64,000 bases of DNA from Alloascoidea hylecoeti (lineage: Eukaryota): positions 558,001 through 622,000 of the forward strand of contig BCKZ01000002.1 in NCBI GenBank assembly GCA_001600815.1, given 5' to 3'. The translations under genes were made by a program, and so were the position numbers. This document shows, in pieces, positions 47,267 through 60,562 of this stretch; the stretch's first letter is position 1; each line of letters starts with the position of its first letter. The notes under the pieces were generated by a model that did no database searches, was not told the DNA's origin, and worked only from the letters and a program-made list of their open reading frames with translations.

Positions 47267-48931
47267 TTAAACTTCTATTGGCTTAGATTCGAGGTACCAC
47301 TTAGCAGTCCACCTTCTACAATCTTTTCCCCATTTAATAAATATTAAAAAAGAAAAGTTCGCAACAAAAGAAATTGCAGCACAAATTCCCAGCGTTCCTT
47401 TGATACCCATTGAATCAACCCAAAACTGAAATATACAAATAAAAACAGTTCCGATTATTGTTCTAATGACCACAATTAGAACCATTGTTGGCCCAGTTTG
47501 TTCCGGATAACAATCAGCAGCATATGCAATTGCAATGGAACCACAAGCGCTAATGCTGAATCCAATAAGCCCAACTCCAAACACTGGTAACATCCAATGT
47601 ACTTCATAACCTATACCAAGTCCATACATTAAGAGTCCCCCTGCATTTAAGATTGCAGCTAGGCCTAGAGTCCATAGCCTAAATTCTGGTTCATAATATC
47701 CATTGTTTTTTCTAGTTAGGTGGAGCTGAAAAGCATCAGAATAACCACCGTATACCATACCAATCAATCCCCCAATGAAAGATGCCAGGTTAATTAAACC
47801 AACTTGGTCTGTAGAGAAATTGTAAGGTTCATCTCCAAAATATTCAGATTCTGAAACAGTTAGAAGTGCCAACCAGCAGATTTGAATACCATAAACAATG
47901 GAACACCAAGTTATAGCTGGATATCGTATTGTTGAGAATGGAAAGAAGAATAACTTTAAAATGGAATCACTACTTCTTTGTTCTGGGGACCACAACCGAA
48001 GTCTCTGCCTGTACGTTTTTTTTGGAATGGGTGAAGATTCTAGGCCCGTCAGAATAGACCGTTCCCGATCAGTAGAATTACTCTGTGGTACAAGCGTGGT
48101 ACTCAAGCTAATGTGTACTGTTTTATCGACGTTAAATTCCGGTAGTAATTGCGGGTTAGAATCGCCATTTTCAATTACAATACTGGGCTTGTTTCTATCA
48201 AACAGAGTTTCTTCCATACAAAATATTTGTAGCACTAGTAAAACACCATTCAGTATCAATATCCACCAAACAATCCATTTCCAGTTACCTTGGCCTTCAG
48301 CTATGTAACCTGCAGCTACAGGTCCAAGGTATGCACCAGCATATAATGAAAACAAATAAATGCTTAGTCTCCTACCCTGTTCATGTAAAAAGAATATATC
48401 TGTAATTGAAATTTGAATTAAAGAGTCTGCTGGAGAACATCCAATTCCTGCAATGACATTATATACGTAAAGACTAGCAACATTCGAGTATAACCCGCAG
48501 ATAAGATTTCCAACTATATTAAAAATGGTCCCAAGAATATAAACGGGTCTTCTACCAATTGTTAAAGCAATGGGTTGAAGAATAATACAACCCATTCCTA
48601 GAAAGAAAAAGCATAAAGCAGAAGAAATGTTAAGAGAATTATAACTAATTTCGTAATACTCTTTCATTGTATCATATACTGGACCCGACCAGTTAACCCC
48701 TGTCGTAAAGAGAAATCCCATGAACCAAACAAGAGCAAAATGAAATTCTTTCCTGGCTCTTGACCAATTTAGAGGATCATTGGGATCGTTTAAAGGTTGG
48801 GGAAACAAAATAATATCTTCATCATCCTTGGTCCGAATGAGATGAGTCTTGTGATTCACATCAATGAGATAAGTCGTTCCAGGCACAATATCATACTCCG
48901 AATTCGAATCAAGATCTTCCGTTTGGGGCAT
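47267..48931 (-). CDS. MFS transporter, Hol1-like
   Basis: IVPGTTYLID...ILFPQPLNDPNDPLNWS, GRRPVY, DIFFLHEQG and EPEFRL motifs; about 12 hydrophobic segments; ATG at 48931. Confidence 0.88.
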   Translation of the reverse strand: MPQTEDLDSNSEYDIVPGTTYLIDVNHKTHLIRTKDDEDIILFPQPLNDPNDPLNWSRARKEFHFALVWFMGFLFTTGVNWSGPVYDTMKEYYEISYNSLNISSALCFFFLGMGCIILQPIALTIGRRPVYILGTIFNIVGNLICGLYSNVASLYVYNVIAGIGCSPADSLIQISITDIFFLHEQGRRLSIYLFSLYAGAYLGPVAAGYIAEGQGNWKWIVWWILILNGVLLVLQIFCMEETLFDRNKPSIVIENGDSNPQLLPEFNVDKTVHISLSTTLVPQSNSTDRERSILTGLESSPIPKKTYRQRLRLWSPEQRSSDSILKLFFFPFSTIRYPAITWCSIVYGIQICWLALLTVSESEYFGDEPYNFSTDQVGLINLASFIGGLIGMVYGGYSDAFQLHLTRKNNGYYEPEFRLWTLGLAAILNAGGLLMYGLGIGYEVHWMLPVFGVGLIGFSISACGSIAIAYAADCYPEQTGPTMVLIVVIRTIIGTVFICIFQFWVDSMGIKGTLGICAAISFVANFSFLIFIKWGKDCRRWTAKWYLESKPIEV

Positions 48932-49696
48932 TATTGTTGGTATTTCTCTTCGTCTATATTGCAGAAAATGGGAGGAAAACAAGATATCTGACAGGAATTC
49001 AAAGGTATTTATTTTTCACCTAGTTTTTGAACATACCAAGCCTTTATCTTTAATAATATTGTAAAAATGAATTGTATTAATTTGTATATATAGCCTATAT
49101 TATCGTATCAGCTATCAACTAGGGTAGTAGGATTGCATTGACACGCAATTATAAATTTAAATAGTATTTTACATATATCTAATTAGGCAGCTTTTTAGAA
49201 AATAATGATGTGGTTTAAACATCCACATGGAAAAGCAAGAATGGTTCTGATAGGGCTGAGAGGCTAATGGCATAAAATAAATCATGATCATCTCAGCTTT
49301 ATGACCCGCCTTGTAAAATTATATTTCAGATCGATAATCAAATATTTAATAGGGTTCACTAAATACCGGGCAAAAATACAGAATAAATTTGTCACTTAAG
49401 AATAAACATATTTCGTGATCGTATATTGTTATAATTAATATTTTTAACCTTTTAATAATTCGTTATATATATACCGGTATATCGTAGGAAAAAACTAGCA
49501 GGTGAGACAAAACCAATTCTTGGTTAATATCTGGGGTAGCTTCAAAAGAGTAATTATCTGAACTGTCAGGATTCCCTGCAACAACAAGCGATCTCACAAC
49601 AATCTTTTCTTCTCCATGTAGTTCTTCAACTGGTCAACAGGATTCTAACAATACCGAAACACCAGATTAAATTAACATATTTAGAAACTTTATTTA

Positions 49697-49720
49697 TTAT
49701 CTTATCTTATCTTATCTTAT
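49697..49720. repeat. (CTTAT)n microsatellite that reads as tandem GATAAG on the minus strand
   Basis: TTATCTTATCTTATCTTATCTTAT. Confidence 0.7.
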
Positions 49721-51377
49721 TGCATAGATTTTCATTTCTAACTATAATCATCATTATTTAATTAATATGCTTTACTTCTTTATTATGTTGACTTAAGTGA
49801 AGAATCACAGCAATGCCCGTATATAGATATCGCTCATATTTATATACATGTGTAACAGTACCATAGCCAGTCATATATATGCATGTGTGATTGACATTGA
49901 TACTTTGGATATCCCGTGTCTAAGATATACGAAGTGTTCGTAAATGTATTGTTGAGATTGAGTCAACAACAAGTATTAAGTAATAAAAGTAAAATATAAT
50001 CAAAATTATATAAAGTATTTTATCTAGCTTCACAAAGGAATACTAAATAATCGTAACACACTAAGGATGAATCGACAATCTGTGCCTGGACGGGGAAATT
50101 CCTAATATGACACTGTGCATGTACATACTTACTATATAAGGATTTACATCTTTGCATAATTACTGTATATGGTAATGCAATGAATAAAGTAAGGAAAAAG
50201 AACTAAGTTGATTTAATTTACCATTTATTTATCTGCATATAGCTTCAGAATTGTCACTTATTGCTCCTGGCAGCTGATTGAGCTAGTTTTAAAAGGGGAT
50301 GTTAAGAAAAGTTTATCATGGTTAGGAAGTCAAAGATTGAACCCTTAATCAGGTATCCTTAGTGTATATTATTGCAAAGGCCTATATGTGGGGTAGAGTA
50401 AGGGAAAGGTTCATATTTTAGTTTGACGTAACCCGATAAAATAAAAATAAGAACATAGAAAATTCTATCTTCCATTTATATATCTGCATACATCGTTAAA
50501 ATTGTCATTTGATGTTATTGGTGCTTAGTTGTGTTGCAAGAAAGGGTGATGGATGAACGTATCTACCATAAGGTTATACTATGATAGTACTGTAGCTGAA
50601 CCTATGGCTCACACTGTTCCAAGAAAAGGTAAGAATATAAACGGCTACTAAGTACTGCAAGGCCTTCAAATGTTCATAAATAGTATCATGTTCCGTAAAT
50701 TCTAGAGATTCCATTAGTCTATGAAATGGAAATTTAAGGGTGGTATTTAGTTTTGGCGCCCTTAAAGTCAGAAAATACTGGCACTCTACGAGGCATGGAG
50801 TATTGTGATTGATCACCAATTACTCTATACAATGAAGTACGGCCACCTTTGATCCCATTATATAAGTTACATAGATTCAGACTTCCGTATATTATAAATA
50901 TTTTGAGGTTAAACTGCACGACCTGACTGTAGAAAAGCCTATACTTTTTTGGATCTGGATCTGTAATGACCGAATAATTGTCAATAAATTCAACACCATC
51001 CTAAACGTCCTAAAACCACTACAATCCATCTTTAGATTATAAGGCCTTATCCTTCTGTTCTTTTGGCTATTCTCGTTCATAAAAGGCCTTTTATGTGCTG
51101 AAACTATTCCCTATCCATCAGAAGGATTTTAAGGGAGTACTAGTGCTGCGGCACTAGTTGCTAAATAAAAAGTGCGCACATTTAGATTTCACCCAACTGT
51201 GCACATAAGAGTAGACCCAAAATTTCCTCACAATCCAGGGTTCAACTTCTTTTCCCCAAAACATCGAAGAAAATGTAATTCACAGACATGAATGAAACTG
51301 GTAAAAAGAAATATGAGAGATGCAATCACTGAGGGTTATAGAGCAACATCATTTCGATGACACTTCATTACATAAAA

Positions 51378-51449
51378 AGGTCGTACCCGGGATCGAACCG
51401 GGATCGCCAGAATCAAAATCTGATGTGCTAGCCATTACACTATACAACC
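51378..51449 (-). tRNA. tRNA-Gln(UUG)
   Basis: Reverse complement GGTTGTA...TCAGA-TTTTGAT-TCTGG...CCCGG-TTCGATC-CCGGG-TACGACC-T, followed by a T-run. Confidence 0.95.
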
Positions 51450-51463
51450 ATTTATGCCCTGTT

Positions 51464-52431
51464 TGAAGTAAGCTACTAATGACTTAATAGCTTACAATAG
51501 ATGTAACTGGCGGAATCAGATACAGACGACGATCAAGATCTTAAACAGGAAAAATGTATTAAAGCTAACCTCCCTCTCTTTAAAGTGGGATTTATCTTAC
51601 GTTTATATAGATAAATCCAAAAGCTATTAATAGGAACAGTTCTAGAAGTAATAAACATAATAAGATATTAAATGTGCAGTAAGAATGAAATACAATTGTA
51701 TATATCCCCGAACTGGCTAGTTCAAGAACTGTGGAATGTCTTCCAGGAACCAATATAAAATGCATCCAAGACATGTTAAATATACTCGCGAAACGATAAC
51801 CAAAGGAACACCCAAAATAATGACGATGCCATGATTGTTCCTTTACACTCTTTGTAAAACTTTCTTCTTTCTTTATGGTTTCTTATTGTTATTATTTTAC
51901 GTTTCATGCTGATACACTCCAGCATGGCGATAAGTACACCTATTGTCGTATGATCTATATATAAACCAGACATAGCTAGAACTATATAAACCCTCGTTTT
52001 TCCTGTTCTCTTGTTAGGTGTCTTTAATTAAGAATTAATATACTTTTTCTTGTTTCCTGTTTTGTGTCGTGACACTCTTTGAAAAGTAAGCTACTAATGT
52101 CTTAGTTGCTTACAATAAATATATCTGGCGGAATCAGATAAAGACGACTATCAAGATGCAAACAAGAAAATATATATTAAAGCTAACCTCCTTTCTTTTA
52201 AAAGTGGGATTTATCTTATGTATATATAGATAAATTCAATATTTATTTATAGGCAATTACAGAAGTAAAATAAACTAAGAATAAAATATACAATGAAGTA
52301 TATGTGAGATACCAACATGTATCGAGAAATAATATAAAATGTATCCAAGAAATGGTAAATGTACTCGCGAAATAATAACCAAAGAACAACCAAAATAATG
52401 ACTATGTCATGATGAGTTCCTTTACACTCTT
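51464..52431. mobile_element. Two diverged direct repeats upstream of tRNA-Gln, probable solo LTRs (51464-52074 with TG...CA ends; truncated copy 52080-52431)
   Basis: 51464-51852 aligns with 52080-52431 (AAGTAAGCTACTAATG, CTGGCGGAATCAGATA, AAGTGGGATTTATCTTA, TTCCTTTACACTCTT). Flanks CTGTT/CTCTT resemble a 5-bp target duplication. Confidence 0.6.
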
Positions 52432-53802
52432 ATCAAAAATAGAGATTAGATTTATGATTTACGATTTACGATAAAGTAGATAAACACGGGTTCGTTAGAA
52501 GATTGCTCAACAATAAGAATACTAATGATGTTAGGAAGAGAAAGAATTGGGATCAGATTATTGATCATAAATACAAAAGAAAACAATATAGAAAAAAATG
52601 GGGCTTTTATCAAAAAGGCACTAGAGCTAAGAAAAAATATTAAATGAGATTGAGTGGGGGAATTCTAATATCTAAAAACTTGAAAAAGTAAAAAATATCT
52701 AATAAAAAAAAAAAATAAAAAAATACTTTTAAGGTGGTCTAGGTTCATAAGAGAAGAAAGAAGAGTGTCAAGAATACACAAAAATAAGAAGAAAAGAAAA
52801 AGAGGTTTTTATTTCACTATATATAGTAGAGATTTCCTCACAATTCTAGTTATATAATTTAATTGGAAACTATATGATAGGTTTAAAAAAACAGTCAAAG
52901 AGAAGCTGAGAAGAAGAAGAAGAGGTTTTTATTTTCTCTATGAGTGATTTCCACAATTTAATATTTTCTAGTTAGAAGGTTTAAATCATCTAGAAATTTT
53001 GATTGGAAATTACATGTAAAGTTAAAAAAGAAATGAGTAAGTGTGATACCGAAATAAAAGCAATAATATAAGCAGTGTATTATAGTTAAGTTATAATATT
53101 GGATTATTGGAACCTTTTTTAACAACACAATGTTGAAGTACTAGCTAGAAAGTACTAACTAGAACGTTTTAGTAATATTTGTATGTCCCATCTATGGATA
53201 TAAATACCCTTCATATTTCCCTCTAGTTTTAGTTCTTATGGTTTTAATAGTAATCAAATAGTCTTAACAATACAAGTAGAATGAGTTTCATCTTACTTTA
53301 TCACGACGTTAATCTTTAATATATGCCTACATGTGTTTAACTAAAACTCATAGACCGTGAGCGCGTCAGACCTTGTAGTTGGGTTGGTTCGCTTTCACAT
53401 TTTATAAAGGATCTTTGTGGAATAAAGACCCCCTCAGGAAAATGAAATAAAGGTGAAATAAATCTGGTATTCCTTATAAAGCGCTTAGTGGCTTATTAGA
53501 TTGATTAAAATGGCTGAATTTAAACCGAATACATAAATATACCAAGAAAGACTAATATTAAGGAAAGCTAGAGTTTAAACTTAAGCTATAAGAAATGATG
53601 TTGCAATTGAGTGTCAAAAATATTACAAAAATTTAAAGAAAAATAATAAAAATTTATAATCATTTTAAACATAAAAGATAAATAAATACGATAAAATAAA
53701 ATAAAAATTTGAGTGAAAAAAATATAGAGATGAGAAAGGAAAAAACAATCCCCAATTGCAAACTAAAAAAGATAATAAAACCGTATATAATATTTTACTT
53801 CA

Positions 53803-56800
53803 TTATAGATCAGACATCCATCCAAAATTTCTAACATCTCTTAAATCATTCAATCCATTTTTAAGTAAATGATATAATTTAATAATTTCCTGTTTATCCT
53901 TTCGATAAATTTCATTCCTGTTTCCTTTTTCATCTCCATCTATATCAGTAACGTCTTTTCTCTTCATTTCATTTAATCGTTTTAAACATTTCTTATGCCA
54001 TATAATCGAATTATCATTATTATTAAGATTATTTTCGATTGTTTTTAAACAATTTTTAGCTTCTATTACAATATGAGCTTTTCGATGATGTAAAAATTCA
54101 TTTGATGATATAAATGAAATTAATAATGTTAATGAAATAATTATAAGTGAAATAATCATTGGAAAAAGATAAGATTTTGGAAATAAAATTTGATGTGATG
54201 TATTATTATTATTTGGAAAAATTGATTCAAGTACTAATTTTGAAGATAATAATAATTTCCTACCCATTTTACCAATATTCATAATACAATCCTGAATTAA
54301 TTCATCAATTTCTTCATCCTCCATGAAATTACTTGATTCAGTATTATTATTATTATTGAAATTTGAACCATTTCTATAAGTTAATTGCAAATTAATATTT
54401 AATGATTGACAACGACTATTAAGCATTTCTAATATTTCATTAAATTTACATTCTGTTTCAAATAATGATAAAAATAAATGTAAGAAACGACTTGATATTA
54501 TTGCTAAGACGTGTTCATTATTATTATCATTAATATATTTTGAATCAAATATTGTTATTTCTTGAGTTATCCATTCTGCATCGTTTTTTAAATGTCTAAT
54601 ATCATTAGAAGTTGATTCATCATCTTTAATATTTGACAATCCAAGGTCAATTGTAGCAGATCCTCCTAAGCATGTCATAATATTATCTAAAATATTTCCA
54701 ATTTCAAAAATAATTGTATCATTTTTACCATGATTATAATCATCATCAATCATCATACTATTATCATTGATACCAACATCATTTTTCTTTTGTATTGTAA
54801 ATGATTTAACAATATTAGGTATTTGATTAACTTTTAAGTTCATGCACGGAATCATCCTTGGTATACCATTCATAAAACATTTTAATGATTGTAAATTATA
54901 TAGTATAAAATATAATTTTATATTGGTTGATGCAATGAAATTTTCATATTTTTCATCTTCGTCAATAATTTTATGAATTTTTTTTTTTTTAACTCTATGA
55001 AATTCCATATCATTTGATATACCAATAATAATTGCAATTTCTGAAATTGATATATTATCAGAATTTAAACCGGAATCAATAATTAACAATAAAGTCATCA
55101 TTAATAATGTTTTGATACTAATGACATCAATTTCATTTTGTTCATTGTCAATTGTTTGTAATTTAATCTTTAACGATACCCATAAATCAGAAATCTGTTT
55201 CAATAATTGAAATAAATCAATATTCTCAACTTCATTATGATTGGTTGAGTTTATATTCAACGTTGTTATTCTTATTTTAAGAGCTTGTATAAAACAACTA
55301 ATCAATAATCCCTTTTCTGAATTATTGAATATCTGTTGTTGTTGATTCACATTTGTAATATTACAAACATTTCTTAATAATTGAAATAAATCCATTCTAT
55401 TTGATGGTAATATAGGCCAACTTAAATTTTCATCAATTATATATTGATAATAAATATCTAAATAATTTTCATCTTTTAAAATTTTTAAAATTTGTTCTAA
55501 GAATTGTGTTAAATCTTTAGAGTTAGATATATTTGTTGGATTAATGATAGTATTAGTATTGTTTGTACTAGGAAGGATATTATTATTTATAAGTGTATAA
55601 CCAGTTGTTGAATTTGATACCTGGCTTATATTTGATTGTTGTAAATTTAAACCTCTTGTATTTGAAGTTAAACTAGCTAATGATAATACTGATAACGAAG
55701 GAGAAACAGCTCTTCTTGAACTATCAAATGTACTAGGAATCAATGCATTATTCAAAGGACCAATTGATAAGTTAGAATTTGAATTTAAACCCGGTAAATT
55801 AATAACGCTATTTGTATTACTACCAAATGATGAAAATGAAATACTTGAATTTCTTGAACCTCTTCTTGAAGGAGAATCAACAAATGATCCATATAATGAT
55901 CTTGGTGAATTTAAAGCACTACCTCCATAATTACTTATACTTCCATTACTTTCATTATCAGAATAATCATCAACAATACTAGATTCATATCCTGATGGTG
56001 GAGCTTGAAAGAAATATGAGTAATTTTGACCAGAACCCGATACACCAGTTACTGGAATTGGATTATTTCGTCTACCATTAGAGTTGCCTTGAAATTGACT
56101 CGAATTATCAAAATTTATACTATTATTTGAGCCCGATCGATGAGTTTTCGGAACAATTGTAATTCTTGGTCGCGATTGGTCACGTGCAGATGATGATGAG
56201 GCACTAGTTGAGGATTCGGAATCTTTAAAATGAGATTCATTTGGTACTTTCCAAAACATACCAGACATCCCCATTCCAGGTATATTTGGCTGTGATAAAG
56301 ATTGTTGTTGCGTAATTCCATTATTTGTAGTTGGTTGAAGTAGTGTAGATAAGTTGCTAATGGTGGTGGTTGGAGTGAGATGAGGACCTACAGCTGGAGA
56401 TGAATCAATCGGATTTAAAATAGGCAGTAATGACGAAGTTGCTCTTGGTCTTGACTCTGGTTGTAATTGACCATCAGGTGATTTGTAAGTAGAATGAGAT
56501 TTTGTGGTAGAAGTTGATGAAAAAGACCTCGCATGGGAAATGGCATGCATCATAGAATTAGTTGCCGGAGAAGAAGTTATTGTATTAATGGGAGGTAGAA
56601 CATAAGGCGAAGCTGGGACAGATGATGGAGAAGTCTTCAATGGTGTTGCAATTGGAGGAACCACAGCATAGGATTCAAGAAAAGATTTGGATCTTCTTCT
56701 ACCATTTTCAATTGCATTATCATGATCTTGATTATTTCCATTTCCATTATCAATGTCATTTCCTTTTTCTTTCTCATTTCCATTCTGATGATGATGATTG

Positions 56801-57262
56801 TAGTTTCTATAAGTAACATATTCAACATTTTCTCTAGTGTAGCCTTTTGAAGGTCCTCTTTTCTGTGGAATTCTACTGAAAGAGCATTTCTCGCCTATTT
56901 TTCGACAATTGGAACAAGTAGTTGGTATATCTCCGGATACCACCCCACGAAGCTGTACCGGGGTCAGTGAGGTTAAATCCGCGTCGCATTTGATCTACCG
57001 AAAGAAGCGAAAATATTTAGTTAGTGGGAGGTACCATCAGATGATGTTGAAATGTATATACTTTTTTCTTGCGACACTATAATATACGAGTTAGTACCTA
57101 CTTCTACATAACAATGATGTGCAAACATACCTGATCGCACGCCCTGGAGACCTTCGACCGTTTCCGACGGGTGCCGTTTGGGTCTGAGCTGGTGGTGACT
57201 GCCACCGTCTGCTGTCCTGGACGGCCAGCCTGTTCTGCCTGGGGAGGTTGATCTGATGCCAT
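53803..57262 (-). CDS. RGT1: Glucose-responsive Zn2Cys6 factor Rgt1; exons 57262-57131, 57076-57062, 56994-53803
   Basis: Spliced RKRSKVSRACDQ|CRKKK|IKCD...TCSNC...CSFSRIPQKRGPSKGY matches the Rgt1 DNA-binding domain; FWKVP motif present. Confidence 0.88.
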
Positions 57263-57310
57263 ACAGAAGAAGGAGGAAATCTTCGGAGGCTGTCTATACT
57301 GAAAGAAACA

Positions 57311-57318
57311 TTACCCGG
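57311..57318. promoter_or_regulatory. Reb1 site TTACCCGG in the 103-bp gap before RGT1
   Basis: Exact consensus match. Confidence 0.5.
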
Positions 57319-57365
57319 AACTCAGCCATATATTATTATTGTCTATCTATCTAAATCTACCAGAT

Positions 57366-58571
57366 CTATGTTAAACTATCGTAAACACTCTTTTCAAACT
57401 TGAAATAGGCCTTTTGAGCAAGTGGATCTCCGGGAGGAAATACCTGTGTAGACCAGGCTCCTGCGACTCCGGCCTTAAAATCAACCCACCATCTTGTATT
57501 AGCAAAACCAGCCCAACAAATCGATCCTGCTTCACGTCCAGTAGTAGGATATCCCTCTTCAAGTACTAAAAATGATAACCCAAATGATTTCTTAACTCCC
57601 GGGAAATGTTCTTGAATGTTTAAATCTTCTTCTGCATCGGCATCTGCATCTCTTGGAAATACAACTACACCATCTGGAAGATTGTTCTTAATTGCTAGAT
57701 CAACAGTAGATTTCTCCAAGATTCTAGCACCATTAAATCCAACTCCATAGTTTAACCAAGCAGCTAAGAAGAGACTATAATCATAAGTTGAAGAGAATAA
57801 TCCCTGTCCACCCAATTGCTCTTCGGGGTCTAAGGGAAGAATATCAGGTATAGCTGTTAATTCTCCATCTGCTCCACGATTATGAAGTCTTGCTTGTCTA
57901 TCCGCATATTCTTGAGTTCTAACAAAAGTAGTATTTTTCATTCCTAATGGATCAAAGATATTTTTTTTCAAATAATCATGGAGTCTCAAACCAGATATAA
58001 TTTCAACGATTTTACCAACCCAATCAATACTGAAACCATATTCCCATTTCACACCTGGATCATTAACTAAAGGAACAAGAAATGAATCAGCTTGTCCAGG
58101 GAAATTACTATAACTAGGATGAATTTCAACTAATTTAGCTAATAATTCATGACTTTGGTGATAAGAAAATCCACTTGTATGTGTAAGAAGTTGTCTTAAA
58201 GTTACATCTGATTTTGCAGTATGGGTAATTGGTGTTTTACCATCCTCTTCAAATCCATCAAGTACCTGAATATCTTTAAAATAATCAACAAAGTTTTTAA
58301 GTGGATCATCAAGATTGATTAAACCCCTTTCAACTAATTGAAGAGCAGCTGTTGAAACAACCGCTTTACCTGCTGAGAATTGAGCGACTGGTGTATCAAT
58401 TGTAAATAGATCTTCAGAACCAATTGCTCTGAGACCAGCTTCACCAGTATAAATTATACCATTGTTATTCACGGTAACTGCTGCTACTCCTGGAAGATGA
58501 ACACCATCTGCATTTTTTACAACTGCATCTTGGAGGGTTTTATCGATGTTTGATTTATCACTAATAGACAT
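57366..58571 (-). CDS. Beta-lactamase-fold serine esterase/acyltransferase (EstB/LovD-like)
   Basis: SxxK motif (FSAGK), TLRQLLTHTSG, PGVKWEYG and WAGFANT; intronless. Confidence 0.88.
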   Translation of the reverse strand: MSISDKSNIDKTLQDAVVKNADGVHLPGVAAVTVNNNGIIYTGEAGLRAIGSEDLFTIDTPVAQFSAGKAVVSTAALQLVERGLINLDDPLKNFVDYFKDIQVLDGFEEDGKTPITHTAKSDVTLRQLLTHTSGFSYHQSHELLAKLVEIHPSYSNFPGQADSFLVPLVNDPGVKWEYGFSIDWVGKIVEIISGLRLHDYLKKNIFDPLGMKNTTFVRTQEYADRQARLHNRGADGELTAIPDILPLDPEEQLGGQGLFSSTYDYSLFLAAWLNYGVGFNGARILEKSTVDLAIKNNLPDGVVVFPRDADADAEEDLNIQEHFPGVKKSFGLSFLVLEEGYPTTGREAGSICWAGFANTRWWVDFKAGVAGAWSTQVFPPGDPLAQKAYFKFEKSVYDSLT

Positions 58572-59257
58572 TTGTATATTTGTATATATATGTAGATAAT
58601 AAGGATACCGACCTGTTTAAATAAGCAAACAAATAAGATATACAATGATAAATGATATAAATAAGATTTTCTGAATCATAAACCAAAAGAAAAGAAATCT
58701 ACCGATAATGTATTTAATTGTTGTTAATTTCACATTCAGCAATTATACTTTGTAATAACCCGCAATGCTAAACCAAACAAGCTTTGTGCAAATCTTAATA
58801 TTTGGTGTATAATCCAATTATAATCACTTTTGACGGTATGGGGTTCAACGGACACAAAAGCAACAATGTTAAAGTTAACATTTGTTATTGTGTAATATTG
58901 ATTATATATACCATCAGAAATGATTAGTAATATTTCTCCACAGTTTTACAAGTATCTATCCTTATAATTATACATGAGAGGGATCAAACATCTGAAAACT
59001 CCCATGCATTGTTTATAGAAAACAATACACAACTCCGATATCGATGGGATCATCATCTGATGCCATTGACATTACAAACAAAAGTCAATTGATGTATCTC
59101 ATCTTTTGCCATTTTCCTTTGTTTGAGAGAAGCTGGTGGAACGTTTGCTGATAGTTACCCTGTTAGGATGATGGCCCGATACGGAAAATACGAAATATAT
59201 AAAACTTGTCCCTTTCTCTTCTTCTCTTCTTCTTTTCTCATTTTTCATCCCTTTTAA

Positions 59258-60292
<1,035 letters not shown>

Positions 60293-60562
60293 ATGATATA
60301 TATTATAAATAAGTTTATAGATTACGAATAAATGATAAAATCTTGATTGATGTATCGTGAATTGCATTATGTATGCATATTAGTCTCTACTTATATTATA
60401 ATAGAACATGTATGTGTCGAATTATAATTATAATATTAAGTCGTATCTCATGTCTCTGCCGTACGTATTTTCGCCGTGTCTCTATTAATTGTATATTGTG
60501 TGATATATTAGTAACCAATTACACCTATGACAGGCCGCAACTGAATATGATCATGAAATTAA

